A stretch of DNA of 63,820 bases, counting the filler, from Folioceros fuciformis (taxonomy: Eukaryota): the NCBI GenBank assembly GCA_049999805.1. It is 9 parts of 9 records of this genome, joined end to end, with 100 filler letters (N's around TTAATTAATTAA, not from the genome) between each part and the next. Parts side by side here need not be neighbours in the genome. Positions count along the whole stretch, not along the records: positions 48,589 to 54,119 come from JBNGIO010001270.1; positions 54,220 to 62,719 come from JBNGIO010001271.1; positions 62,820 to 63,820 come from JBNGIO010001341.1; 6 more parts are not named here. One strand, given 5' to 3'. This document shows positions 53,731 to 63,820 of the stretch, in pieces (position 1 is the first letter of the stretch; every line of letters starts with the position of its first letter). The notes under the pieces were generated by a model. It did not search any database. It was not told where the DNA came from and saw only the letters and a list, made by a program, of their open reading frames with translations. Position numbers and translations under genes: made by a program.

Positions 53731-54119
53731 TGTGATTTAGAATGGGCTGCAGACGTTGTGATTCAAATTGGGTTGGAGACATTGTGATTCACATTGGGAT
53801 AGAGACATTGTGATTCAAACTGGATTTGAGATGTTGTGATTCAGATTGGGCTCGACATGCTGCGATTTAGATTGGGCTGGAGATCTTGTGATTTAGCTTG
53901 GGCTAAACATGTTGTGATCCAGATTGGGCTGGAGATGTGGTGAATTCAGATTGGGCTAGAGACGTTGTGACTTAGATTGGGTTAAAGATGTTGTGATTCA
54001 AACTGGGTTGGAGATGTTGTGATTCAAATTGGGGTGGAGACATTGTGATTCAAATTGAGCTTGACACATTGTGATTCAAACTGAGTTGGAGATGTTGTGA
54101 TTCAGATTGGGCTCAACAC
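53705..54119 (+). repeat. 26-bp minisatellite, about 16 copies, runs into the gap; derived from copia RNase H coding sequence
   Basis: Consensus TGTGATTCAGATTGGGCTGGAGATGT reads C-D-S-D-W-A-G-D. Confidence 0.9.
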
Positions 54120-54682
54120 NNNNNNNNNNNNNNNNNNNNNNNNNNNNNNNNNNNNNNNNNNNNTTAATTAATTAANNNNNNNNNNNNNNNNNNNNNNNNN
54201 NNNNNNNNNNNNNNNNNNNTTTTTTATTCATATCCCCGATTTAGTTGGTAGTAAGTGCCCGTTTCCTAAGATAGACTTTCTGAAGTGAATTGCAAGAGGA
54301 ATCCATGAGAGCGTAACTGTGAATTGGGACAAGGCGTGTATGAGTAATCCACATGTCATCCAGCGCGCCGGCTCGCGAGATGCCACACCGACCAAGACAT
54401 GACCACCTACACTATTTTCTTCCCCTCCTTTTCCTTCCAGCCATTTTCCTGGAACACGTTACTGTTCGATCAGCCATGAGTGCTGCCGTAAGACTAGGGA
54501 CATGGGAAGGAGCGTGGTTGCCACGTGCTGGCCGTCGTACGCTTGTGTCTACTACAGTCCAGTCCAGTTGATTATGACAAATCGGCGTTCCGTTTGATAA
54601 AAGAGTTGGCAAGGTCCCAGGGTCACGAGAATCGCATTCATTTTGTTGTGCGACTTGCAAAGCAATCGCATTCATTCTCTTG

Positions 54683-54764
54683 TGCGATTTGCAATGTAAT
54701 TCCGTCCATTCCCTCGTGCGATTTGCAATGTAATTCCGTCCATTCCCTCGTGCGATTTGCAATG
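54683..54764. repeat. 34-bp tandem duplication (about 2.4 copies)
   Basis: TGCGATTTGCAATGTAATTCCGTCCATTCCCTCG twice plus a partial copy. Confidence 0.85.
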
Positions 54765-55182
54765 CATTGCACCGGTGCCACGACTGCCGAGTAGCAAATG
54801 TTCATGTTGCCTGTCGCTGACCCGTAATATGGTGCGCAGGTTGTAAAAATTTTCAAAAGACGCAGCAGTGAATGGAAAAGAACCAACTTTATTTGATCAC
54901 ACTGGGACGCGTGAAAGCAGAGGATGACGGATTGTCTCGACCGCAGTGGAAGGGAAATGCGTTGCACAAATCCGCTTGCAAACAGCGAGATCAATGGCAA
55001 TGGCATTCAGATGCACAACTCTAAGCAATCAAGAAAATTTTCTTCTGTTTTGGAGTCATTCGCCACTCAATTCTGCGATGCAGCGAATTCCGCTGCACTT
55101 AACACAAAATCTCACACTTGCGGACCAGCTGCTGCGGTTGCGGTTTGGACAGCGGTACTGCGCATTGCGCAAGGCTCACTGG

Positions 55183-55515
55183 CTACCTCATCCGGCCCAG
55201 GGAGAAGCAAAAGTAGCTGAGGATCTTAGATTTCCTGCTCGGCGGGTCGTGGAATCGGGACTCCTCCAGGTCATCGTCGTCCTTCTCGTCGGAGAGATGG
55301 GAGGCCACCAGCCCGCGGCTCTCTGCTCTGCTCTCTCGGGCGCGGGCGAAGGCCGTAGAGTAGTCAATGGTGGACTCGTGCAATTTCCACGATCCGAACT
55401 TGGGAACTGACGTTGCGGCAGACATGGCACCAGATCTGGAGGTCAGGTCACGCTTCTCAAATTGCGCCTCCCCGCCCTCTCCTGCACTGCTGCAGCACAC
55501 ACCAGAAGCGGCCAC
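55183..55515 (-). CDS. NOI/RIN4-family small protein
   Basis: VPKFGSW (AvrRpt2-cleavage-site type motif), then DYSTAFARARESR and a C-terminal Cys/aromatic tail (SYFCF). Confidence 0.85.
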   Translation of the reverse strand: MAASGVCCSSAGEGGEAQFEKRDLTSRSGAMSAATSVPKFGSWKLHESTIDYSTAFARARESRAESRGLVASHLSDEKDDDDLEESRFHDPPSRKSKILSYFCFSLGRMR

Positions 55516-55900
55516 TATGAGATTTATACGTCTCTACGCTCGATCTCGCAGGCTCAGGTCCCGGCTCAGCCTCCGCATCTCCTCATGAAGGAGCCGGCCC
55601 GCCGATGTCTTGACCGCGCGAGAGACTGCAGATGCGGCGGATCCCGAGAAGGCACACGAGAGGCGAGGAAAATGCGAGGCTATGAAGGAGAGGCAGAGCA
55701 GAAGAAGGCGACGAGAAGGCATAGAGATGGTCTACTACCATACTGTGTGAAGCCGGCCTCGGCGCCGCGGCGCCTCTCTCTAACGTGACGACTATAAAAC
55801 CGACTCCACTGAAAGCAGAGGGTTTGGGCTCTTTTCAGCTTCGTCTGTGCCGGAGGTTAGATGCTCTCGCACTACGTGGGAAGGGATTCTTTCCGGTCCC

Positions 55901-56729
55901 ATGGCCATCTCAAATGCTCCTCTCTCTTTCTGGGCACCTGCGATCCCCGCAGCTGCCACTTCCTATGTCATACCGTCTTCTGCCTCCTGTGCTTCTGCCT
56001 TCCTTGCCCGACCTAGGAGGGTGCCTACTACGCTTCCTTTCTCTCCGCTAAGCCGGGCTCGGTGCCTGGACGTTGCGTCCTTTTCTTCTTCTGAGTGCGG
56101 TTGGCAAAGGGGTAGTCCCGTGCGAGAGAATTGGCTCAGGACGTGGCAGGTTCATGCGGGACCGAATGAGGTATCGGGAGGCCTTTCTCTGACAGAATGT
56201 TTAAGGGGAAGTGAAGGGGCACTTGTTTGGTGCGTGTATGGCACATGTGTCATGCCTGATTCTTTTGCTATCTGACCAGGGCACCGGACCTGAGGACTCG
56301 GAATTGGGCATTGAGGAGGTGGAAGCGAGATTGGGAGTTGGAAGTAAAAAGAAGTCTCCAAAAAGGTCCTTTCCTTTCGTCTTTTCATCGCTCAAGCGGG
56401 TTGTTGCTACAAGAGCGTCATCCGTCAGACAGCAGATTTTTCCTCTGCTGATACACTGATGTTTTCTCAGGCAAGGAGATGGTGTCGCAGCTTCTGCTAA
56501 ATCCGTCAACGGGCAAAAAGGATGGAATGAGATGACAATGCCAGAGAAGGCTTGGTCTCTGTATATTGGAGAGAAGGGTGTTCTGTTCTGGATCAACAAG
56601 CTTGCTTACATCTTCATCTTCGTGATAGCCGGCGGCTGGGTGGCTTTCAGATTTGTGGGACCAGCACTAGGGTTGTATCAGCTTGAAGGTGATGTCCTTC
56701 CACCCACTAAAATTTTCGTCGGCAATTAA
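55901..56729 (+). CDS. Conserved plant membrane protein with transit-peptide-like N-terminus; exons 55901-56170, 56280-56365, 56471-56729
   Basis: Ser/Ala/Pro-rich N-terminus; C-terminal W..M...EK...LY.GEKG.LFWINK.AY...TM...FRFVGPAL.LYQL. GT-AG introns keep the frame. Confidence 0.8.
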
Positions 56730-57173
56730 GCTCGTTGTCCAACAACTGGCTTCTGTACAGTAACGATTAGCACTATCGTTCAGTCCACTAGTCGAACCAA
56801 ATTCCGCATGGAAGTTCGGAACACTGTAAGATCACAAGGCTGTTACACATTACGCGAAATGTATACCCTAGTACAAAGCCTACAAGAGGCTCAAAGTGAC
56901 CATAGGTGATAAGCTGCAGGGATGAATCTCATTTACAAAGAATATCTACTTTCAACATACTCATATTTAGCAATCAAATGAATCGGTGCTATATACAAGT
57001 GGTCAGTCATGGTGGCACCCGTTTCTACGTCCATGCGCCTAATACCACCAGAAGACAACGCTTACTAAACATTTTAGACACAGGCATCATCTAGCCTCCT
57101 ACTTTTTGCTGCACAATGTGTACTGTACAAACATTACCTCTCGATTGATACTGCTGGCAGCTTCGAGAGGGTA

Positions 57174-60100
57174 TCATATTACAGAAGCTGCTTGGATGCA
57201 AGCAGAATACCAGGGTTCATGCACCTTGCAAGTCACGCTGGCCACCACCTCTATGGCATCCACTGCTTTTATAACTCGGTGAAGTAGAAAACCTCCTCCG
57301 ATTCTCTTGAGCATAAACTCGACAATCGCAACCGATTCTGCTCCTTTCCCTAAGGCCAGAAGCACCCACATGCTGGACCTCACCGCAGCCGATACTCGGG
57401 AAAAGACAGGGTCACCTGTAGCCAAGCTCCGTCCCAGAACCCGAGTCATCAGCTCTTCACATGCTGTTATGCTCTCTGGAGTTTGATCTGTCGCATTTGC
57501 AGACGATATTCGAGCCAATAGAGCTCCAATTTGAGGAACTGTTGTGCCAGGCTGACTCAACAACGCTGCAAGCTCTTTCCAACCCATTTCTAGCATTGTT
57601 TCCAGCTCAGCTCCATGTACACCACGTCCAATCAATCCTTGCCTTGCAAGAAGCAACCTGTCGAAGGGGACACAGAACCCTCAGATGTCAATAATAAGCA
57701 CAGCAAGCGCTAACAGGGCCAGCAGTCTCTAACAGTATCGGTAGGTAGATCACAACTGCTTCGACAGAACAGGCTCACCCTGTCGCTGTAACAGTGATAC
57801 TTTGAAACTCTGCTTGTGATTCCCTGATTCTTCCAGTATTGAGACCTAAAGTCTCAGGAAGGGAGTCTTCGGTTGCGCCCTCTGACGTGCAGATTGATTG
57901 CAGCAACCCAACGCGGACAATAATACCATTGGACCTCCAATCAACCTTTCTCTGCTGCACTTCAGCTGCATCCCACAATCCTAACATTTAAGCTTTCCGG
58001 CAAGCATTTCACTGTGCTACAAAAACAAGCCTACCCCGACAAGAGAAATAACTAGTGCACCTGAATCTATATTTTGTGGATTTTCTTGCGCCACTTGATT
58101 GATGGCAATTCCTCCAACTCTTCCGCCTGTCCGCATTGAGAACACTGGTGGCAGCCCTGTTGCAGACGAGCCAGCTGGTGCCGGCGGAAATACCTGTCCC
58201 ACACGTTCAAGAGCTGCAACTGCTGCCTCTATTTCACTCCTTGCAGTAACCAGCGATTGCTCCGCCTCAGCAATCCACACTGCAGTTCGTGGCAAACTGG
58301 CTGTAACTGCAACTAGTTTGCTGTCGGCAACACACAGAACAGCCTGAGGAGGAGGCACTTGAAACCGTTCTGCAAAAGCCTTGCGCAAGTACTCGATGCC
58401 AGCAGAGCCCGTGATCAAAGGCTTCAGTGAGCGAAGACGCATTGAACTTATATCTTGCTTCAGAACCTGTGCATCAATTCAAAATCAACAATTACAATCA
58501 TGCCAGCAGTAGTAAGCAGCATGAACCATGCAGGGCAACAGTAGGAGAGCAAAAGGTCCCATGAGCTAACCTGAAGTTGTTCAAAAATGAATCGCAGACC
58601 TTTCACCAGCGCATTTGCAAAAGCATCATGTCCTTGTATACTAACTGCAGTTGTTAGATCATCCACTAGGGAACGATGGGCAGCTTTGGCCTCTGAATCT
58701 CGTACTGGTGCCCCCAACTTCAACATAATGCTAGATGCATAGTCTAATAAACGCCTTAAATAGTTGAAATCATTCATACCAGACTCAAGCACCTGCAAAA
58801 AAATGTCAGACTTTAACCAAGCCTCGAAAGTGCCAAAGTGCGAAGGCTAAGGGCATTAGCATCAACAAAAAGGAGTAGCCAAACCCCTCAAGGAGATATC
58901 CGTAGAACAATATAAACAAACCTGAGTCAAAAGGTCCAAGTCCATGCACTCCTGCAATTCTGCCTTCCAGCCTTCTGGAACAATAGCTTCTAGCTCTTGT
59001 CTCACTTCTGCCACCAATCCTACTACTCTCTGATAATGAGGTGGATTTTGAGCAAGACCGTCTGCAATACTGTCCCAAAAAGCTCGCTCCATGGTCGACC
59101 GCATGTGTGCCTACAGTGTTCATAAAAATAACCTCACAATTAAATACATGACCTTAAGGGTACCAGCCATAAACTTTCCCTCAGGAACACCATAGTTGGG
59201 AATACAACCAGGATAGCTCACCTGCACCTCGACTACCTTGCTGGACAATGAGATAGGTCCTTCACCAGGATTGACTTCCTGAGCTTGACTCGCCGGCAAT
59301 GCCCAACGTGGATCATGAAGTATCTCATTGACCATCTGTTCATTTGTCAGCCCCGCGCCATGAAGTTGGAAAGAGTGATCTCTGAGAAGTTCTTCCATGG
59401 TCACCTTTGGAGCACTCTCCCCCTTCTTCGCAGACTTGAACAAAGAACGGACAGCTCTTGCCCTAGGTTTCACCCCTTCAGAAGCTCTTTCTGTATCTGA
59501 TGAGACTGAGGACGGGGTTGGCGGCGATCCAGAAGCCGAAGCTGCAAAGGGTGGTGGCAACTGGGTGCCATTCTCTCTGGCCTCTGCATACTTAGACTTG
59601 ACTTCCGCCAGAGCTTCATCCATTCGCGCTGCACCTGCAGCTCCTGTGAGACGAAAGATTCTGTCTCGTAGAAGTTTCTGATCTTCAATAACCTGAAGAC
59701 GATTAAAAAAATTAGCATTGCCACCAGTTGGATTCCTAGACGCAAGTCCAAGAACAAAAGTGAGTGACCGACCTGCTTTCTGATGGCCTGCGAGTCAAGA
59801 CTCAAGTCACTTGTATCCATTTCTTCCTCACTTCTGCACTTCTGCAACATAGACATCTCCAGCTGGCATGCCATTCGACTCAAATCTTCTTCAAGCACCC
59901 TAGCATCTCTTGTCTTCCATGCCACAAATTGGTACAGATAGGTGCACCAAGCTGTATCAAAGGCCAACAGTTGGGAAGCAAAAGGCCTGAAAGCCGACGG
60001 CCGCGGCCCATGATGAGGAGGGCTTGCATCCATGGTCAAGTCAGGCCCATGGGTGGGAGAGGAGGGTAGCGGGGGACTTCCGGCTGGACCATCTATGATC

Positions 60101-61990
60101 GTTGAGACCAAAGTTTCAAACTCGGGGAGAAGCTTTGATGCAGCTTCTGCAAGTGCAACTTCACGGTCCCCTTTACTGCTGAACACTGCCTCAGGCTGAC
60201 CACATATCATGTACGCACAAAGAAACACCCGTGCAGGATATCTCTCCAGCTCTCTATCTTCAATTCTCTGACCATCCTTGGCTCTTGCAGCTGCACTCTG
60301 AGATCTGCTGCTCTCTTTGGCAGCTCCCTTCACGCCACCCGGTGGTACTGACCTCCTCGACGTTGGTCTGGTTTTAACTGGAGTTGCCAATCGTCTCAAA
60401 ATATGGCCCAAGTCCGCAACGTTACATTGTGAAGCACAGGACACCATGAGACGGCTTTCTACGCGGGCCAGCAGGGCCTTGACGACTCTCAGAGTTGCAG
60501 GAGATGTTATTCTTTCCGCCAACTGCTCAAACGGAAGAGCAGACACAGACTCCAGATTGATAGCACATGACGCATAATCCTGAGCCAGGGCATATGTGGT
60601 ACTCCTGGACCGGCGGAATTGTCTCCAACATCTACAACCAACGAACCCAAACAACGTTAAAAAACCGCAGAGGTTGGTTCAGAGCCCTACCACAAGGGAC
60701 TATTCAAGCGACACTAACCTGGTCAGTTGGCGACAGAGTTGGTCACCCTGCTTGTGTAGCTTATGGCCGTGGTTGTGGCAAGTCCCACGGCAACCACCTC
60801 TCTGTCGCAGAAACTCCGCACGCTGCCTCTTGGCCTGTGCCATACCGATGTCACCGGCAGTACAGCGGGCAGAACATGCAGCTTAGCAAGCCTCGTTCTC
60901 GAGCTTGTCAACGATTCAAAAGCAAGACACGAAATCACACATTCGAAATACCCTTTGCAGACGGTCCTCGAGTTTCTCTCGCTTTCGTCTCAATTCCAGC
61001 TCTCTCTCTCGCAATACCGTTCTTGCCACAGTTCTGGCTTGCATGACAGCCGCCTGGGCCCGGCTCTTCTCGGCTTCGATCAGACCAGCACGTTTCTCTT
61101 CGGCAGCTGCAATTTTCTGGCACAGCGCTGTGCGAAGGGCTTCTATCCTCTCCTTATCCCGTCCTTCCTGATTGGAACGTTGCAGCACCGACTGTGCAAT
61201 CCTTTCATGAGCCAACGCCCTGCGTTGTCTTTCGGCCTCGAGCAGAGCCAGCCTATTCGTCTCCGCTTGCTGCACACGCGACTCAATTCGCAAGTCTAGC
61301 TCCTCCCGTTCCCTTTCAGCACGGAGCTGCGCTTCCGTTTTTGCCGCAACGCGCAGTTCGTGTAGCCTAGCTAGACGCATCTGTTCCTGTGCCAGAAGCT
61401 CTGACCTGATAGCCGTAGCAATCGGAGAGGAGAGTTAGCGTCTAAGCTTTTCGGTTGCAACGATCTCGTGAAACGCACCCTCCACATGCAGGAAGCGTAC
61501 CTTTTCTGCTCGGCTGCGGAAAGCCTGGCTTCCAAACGTTGTGCAAGATCTTCATGTTGGAGGGATACAGGTGTCGTCCTTGGCCTCGGGCGAGCTTTGT
61601 TGACAAGCCACTCATGGAATTGCTGCAGAGCTCAATGGACACACTGAGTTGCATCAGAGAGTGCAACACTCTTCGCCAATGCGGCTCATGTTCTTGATAA
61701 GTCGGATTTCAAAACTAGCCAAAAGCTCACATAGTCTCACCTAGTGAAGACAGAGCAATACGAACCTGTCGTCTGAAATCTGCTTCTTTCAGCTTTGCCT
61801 CTATCTCCTCCAGGCTCGTAGGGGACCTGGCTTTGTTGTCCAGCGTCTCTTGCCATCGCTGTAATACTCTTTTCGGTATAGGAGAAGTAGCACCAACACA
61901 TTCCGCTATTTCGATCTCAAACGCGATTCCCGGATTATGTATGCCATTCATGCTGGCTATGTCGATGTCGATGCTCATTGATGCTGCCAT
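57174..61990 (-). CDS. T-complex protein 11 (TCP11) domain protein, multi-exon
   Basis: SLEEIEAKLKEADFRRQ, long coiled coil, RCWRQF, RYPARVFLCAYMI, FD.AWCTYLYQFVAWK..DA, NEQMVNEILHD, TMERAFWD, LPETL.LN..R, VHEPWY. Confidence 0.92.
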
Positions 61991-63365
61991 GAGTCATCCA
62001 CTTGAACAACTGGCCTGCAGAGACACAAACCACCATAGTCTAAGCAGCAAACAAGGCATTCAAGTGGGCTCCAACAACCTCTCCACCTACCTCACGAAGC
62101 ACAGAACACCAGGCTCACCAATTGAGAAACAATCAGCAGAACCAGGCCAACAGATCTTGTCCCTCAACAGGACCGTGTGTCCGAGAGAAGGAGTTTGCTA
62201 AGGCGGCCCTGTTATGAAACACATGCATGTTTGGAACTGGAGGCTGGCAAGAAGGTGTAATCAAGTAACAAACCTGCTCCTATAATCAAACAAACAAGGC
62301 ATGCATGCGACAGCTGAAGCTCAAAGCCCAAATGTGAAGAAGCAGACAGTCAGAACTCCCTCCATGAAGCCTACCCAGCGAGCGGCAGCAGTTGAATCTA
62401 GACCCGTGCACTCTCCGGACCGACCGGAGCTCACGGCCAGTGCGAATGACAAGACCACGAGCAAACCAAACATACACAAGAGGGTGTCTGGGCAAGTTGC
62501 TACCTCTCAAATTTCGATGCCAAACACCTCGCCCACAAGCAACCAAACTGGGTTGCTCCCGAACGCACTGTAACCAGAGGGATCAGCTGATCAAGATTGC
62601 GTGCAGACTAAAATCCCTCCAACGTGAGCGCCTGGCACTGAATCCAACTACAAACCCTCTCAGCACCGAACCGAAATCCAGAAAACACAACAGGAAATGT
62701 ACCCCACACACCCCCAGATNNNNNNNNNNNNNNNNNNNNNNNNNNNNNNNNNNNNNNNNNNNNTTAATTAATTAANNNNNNNNNNNNNNNNNNNNNNNNN
62801 NNNNNNNNNNNNNNNNNNNATCCTTTTTGGAAAAATGCATTCCCAAAGTTCGTTGCATGGTCGGTTGTTGAGCATTGGCTTGGGCTTGCTCCATCTTCAA
62901 TAAAGCTAAATAATATGTATTCCTTACATGGTTCTCCAATGCATGCACTCTTCTTGAAGTTCTAACCGCCAACTTTTACCCAAGCTTGAGTCGCAATTGT
63001 AGTTTGTCCTACTTCACCATGACCATTTTTTTTACAAACCACACAAAACATTTGATTCTCTTCATTGGTTGAGCACAACTCCACCGAATGAAATGCAACC
63101 TTTCATTTTTCCTTGAAGACTCTTGCCTTTTGCACGTTTTTTCTCTTGTGACTCGGTTGGCTCGTTTGGCTGTTGTCTCCACTCCTTGTTTGGTCATCAC
63201 GTGGAGCCCCTCCAAAAAAAACAAGATGCTGAACTTTGAGAATTGAGAAAAATGAGCCATCTTTTTTCTGTAATTTAAAAAAGAATATAGCACCATAAAA
63301 CAAAGTTTAAAAAGAAAAGAGCTCAACCAAAATTGAACTCTAAACCTAAAGAGGTCAAAAAGGGA

Positions 63366-63490
63366 CAAGCTTTAGAAAGGAAGAGCCCTTACCAAGAAAA
63401 AAGAACGAGCTTTACAAAGGAAGAGCCCTTACTAAGAAAGAAGAAAGAGCTTTAGAAAGAAAGAGCCCTTACCAAGAAAGAAGAATAAAG
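63366..63490. repeat. Purine-rich tandem repeat of about 40 bp, 3 copies
   Basis: AGCTTTA.AAAG.AAGAGCCCTTAC.AAGAAA at about 63369, 63408 and 63448. Confidence 0.8.
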
Positions 63491-63820
63491 AGAAAGGAAG
63501 AAGAATAAGGAGCAAGAAGGAAGAACAAGGAGCACACCACAATGAAGAGAACAACAATAAATGATCTCTAAATGCTAGTGTTGTAGCCTTATGTGCTCTT
63601 GAAGGGGTGTCTATTCATACCATGATAAGATAAGATAAGATAGACATGTTTATGGATTAGCGTCCATATCAATAAATTATTGTATACATTACTAACTACA
63701 TTTAAAGTAGAATACTATGTATTAAAAACTAATAAAATCTCATAAAATAAAGGATATTTAAATAGATCATAGATGGTATTAGATAAATAAAGACATGACT
63801 CTTGGATCCATGAGGTAAGT

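Noticed and set aside
53705-54119. CRISPR-like appearance of the 26-bp array (also the 93-bp array at 18.8 kb and the 36.8-kb array)
   Set aside because: Units abut without unique spacers, derive from TE coding sequence, and no cas genes are present.

Overview
Eukaryotic nuclear DNA from a land plant. The compact genes with short introns suggest a non-seed or early-diverging lineage, which is inference only. The window is not one locus. It is nine contigs (1-7723, 7824-16208, 16309-20237, 20338-38759, 38860-43727, 43828-48488, 48589-54119, 54220-62719, 62820-63820) joined by artificial 100-nt N spacers containing TTAATTAATTAA. Recognisable host genes: STP-type hexose transporter, adenylate kinase, dirigent protein, class III peroxidase, LRR receptor-like kinase, MGDG synthase, STIG1-domain protein (partial), PHD/ePHD protein (partial), OBERON-like PHD protein, NOI/RIN4-like protein, a small plastid-type membrane protein, a TCP11-domain protein and a stand-alone RING-H2 ORF. 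The rest is transposon debris: an L1/Tx1-type LINE RT, four Ty1/copia fragments, a near-complete decayed Ty3/gypsy internal region, a palindrome-flanked element with a decayed ORF, and several copies of a non-LTR element with a CCHC knuckle and restriction-like endonuclease (RLE, CRE-like). The most unusual structure is at 36.77-37.40 kb, where short pieces of the RLE element's 3' coding end are bounded by outward-facing TTTAGGG repeats and joined through telomere-telomere junctions. A second recurring theme is tandem repeats whose units are conserved catalytic motifs of transposon enzymes. No searches or alignments were run; all calls come from reading motifs by eye, and exon boundaries are manual.
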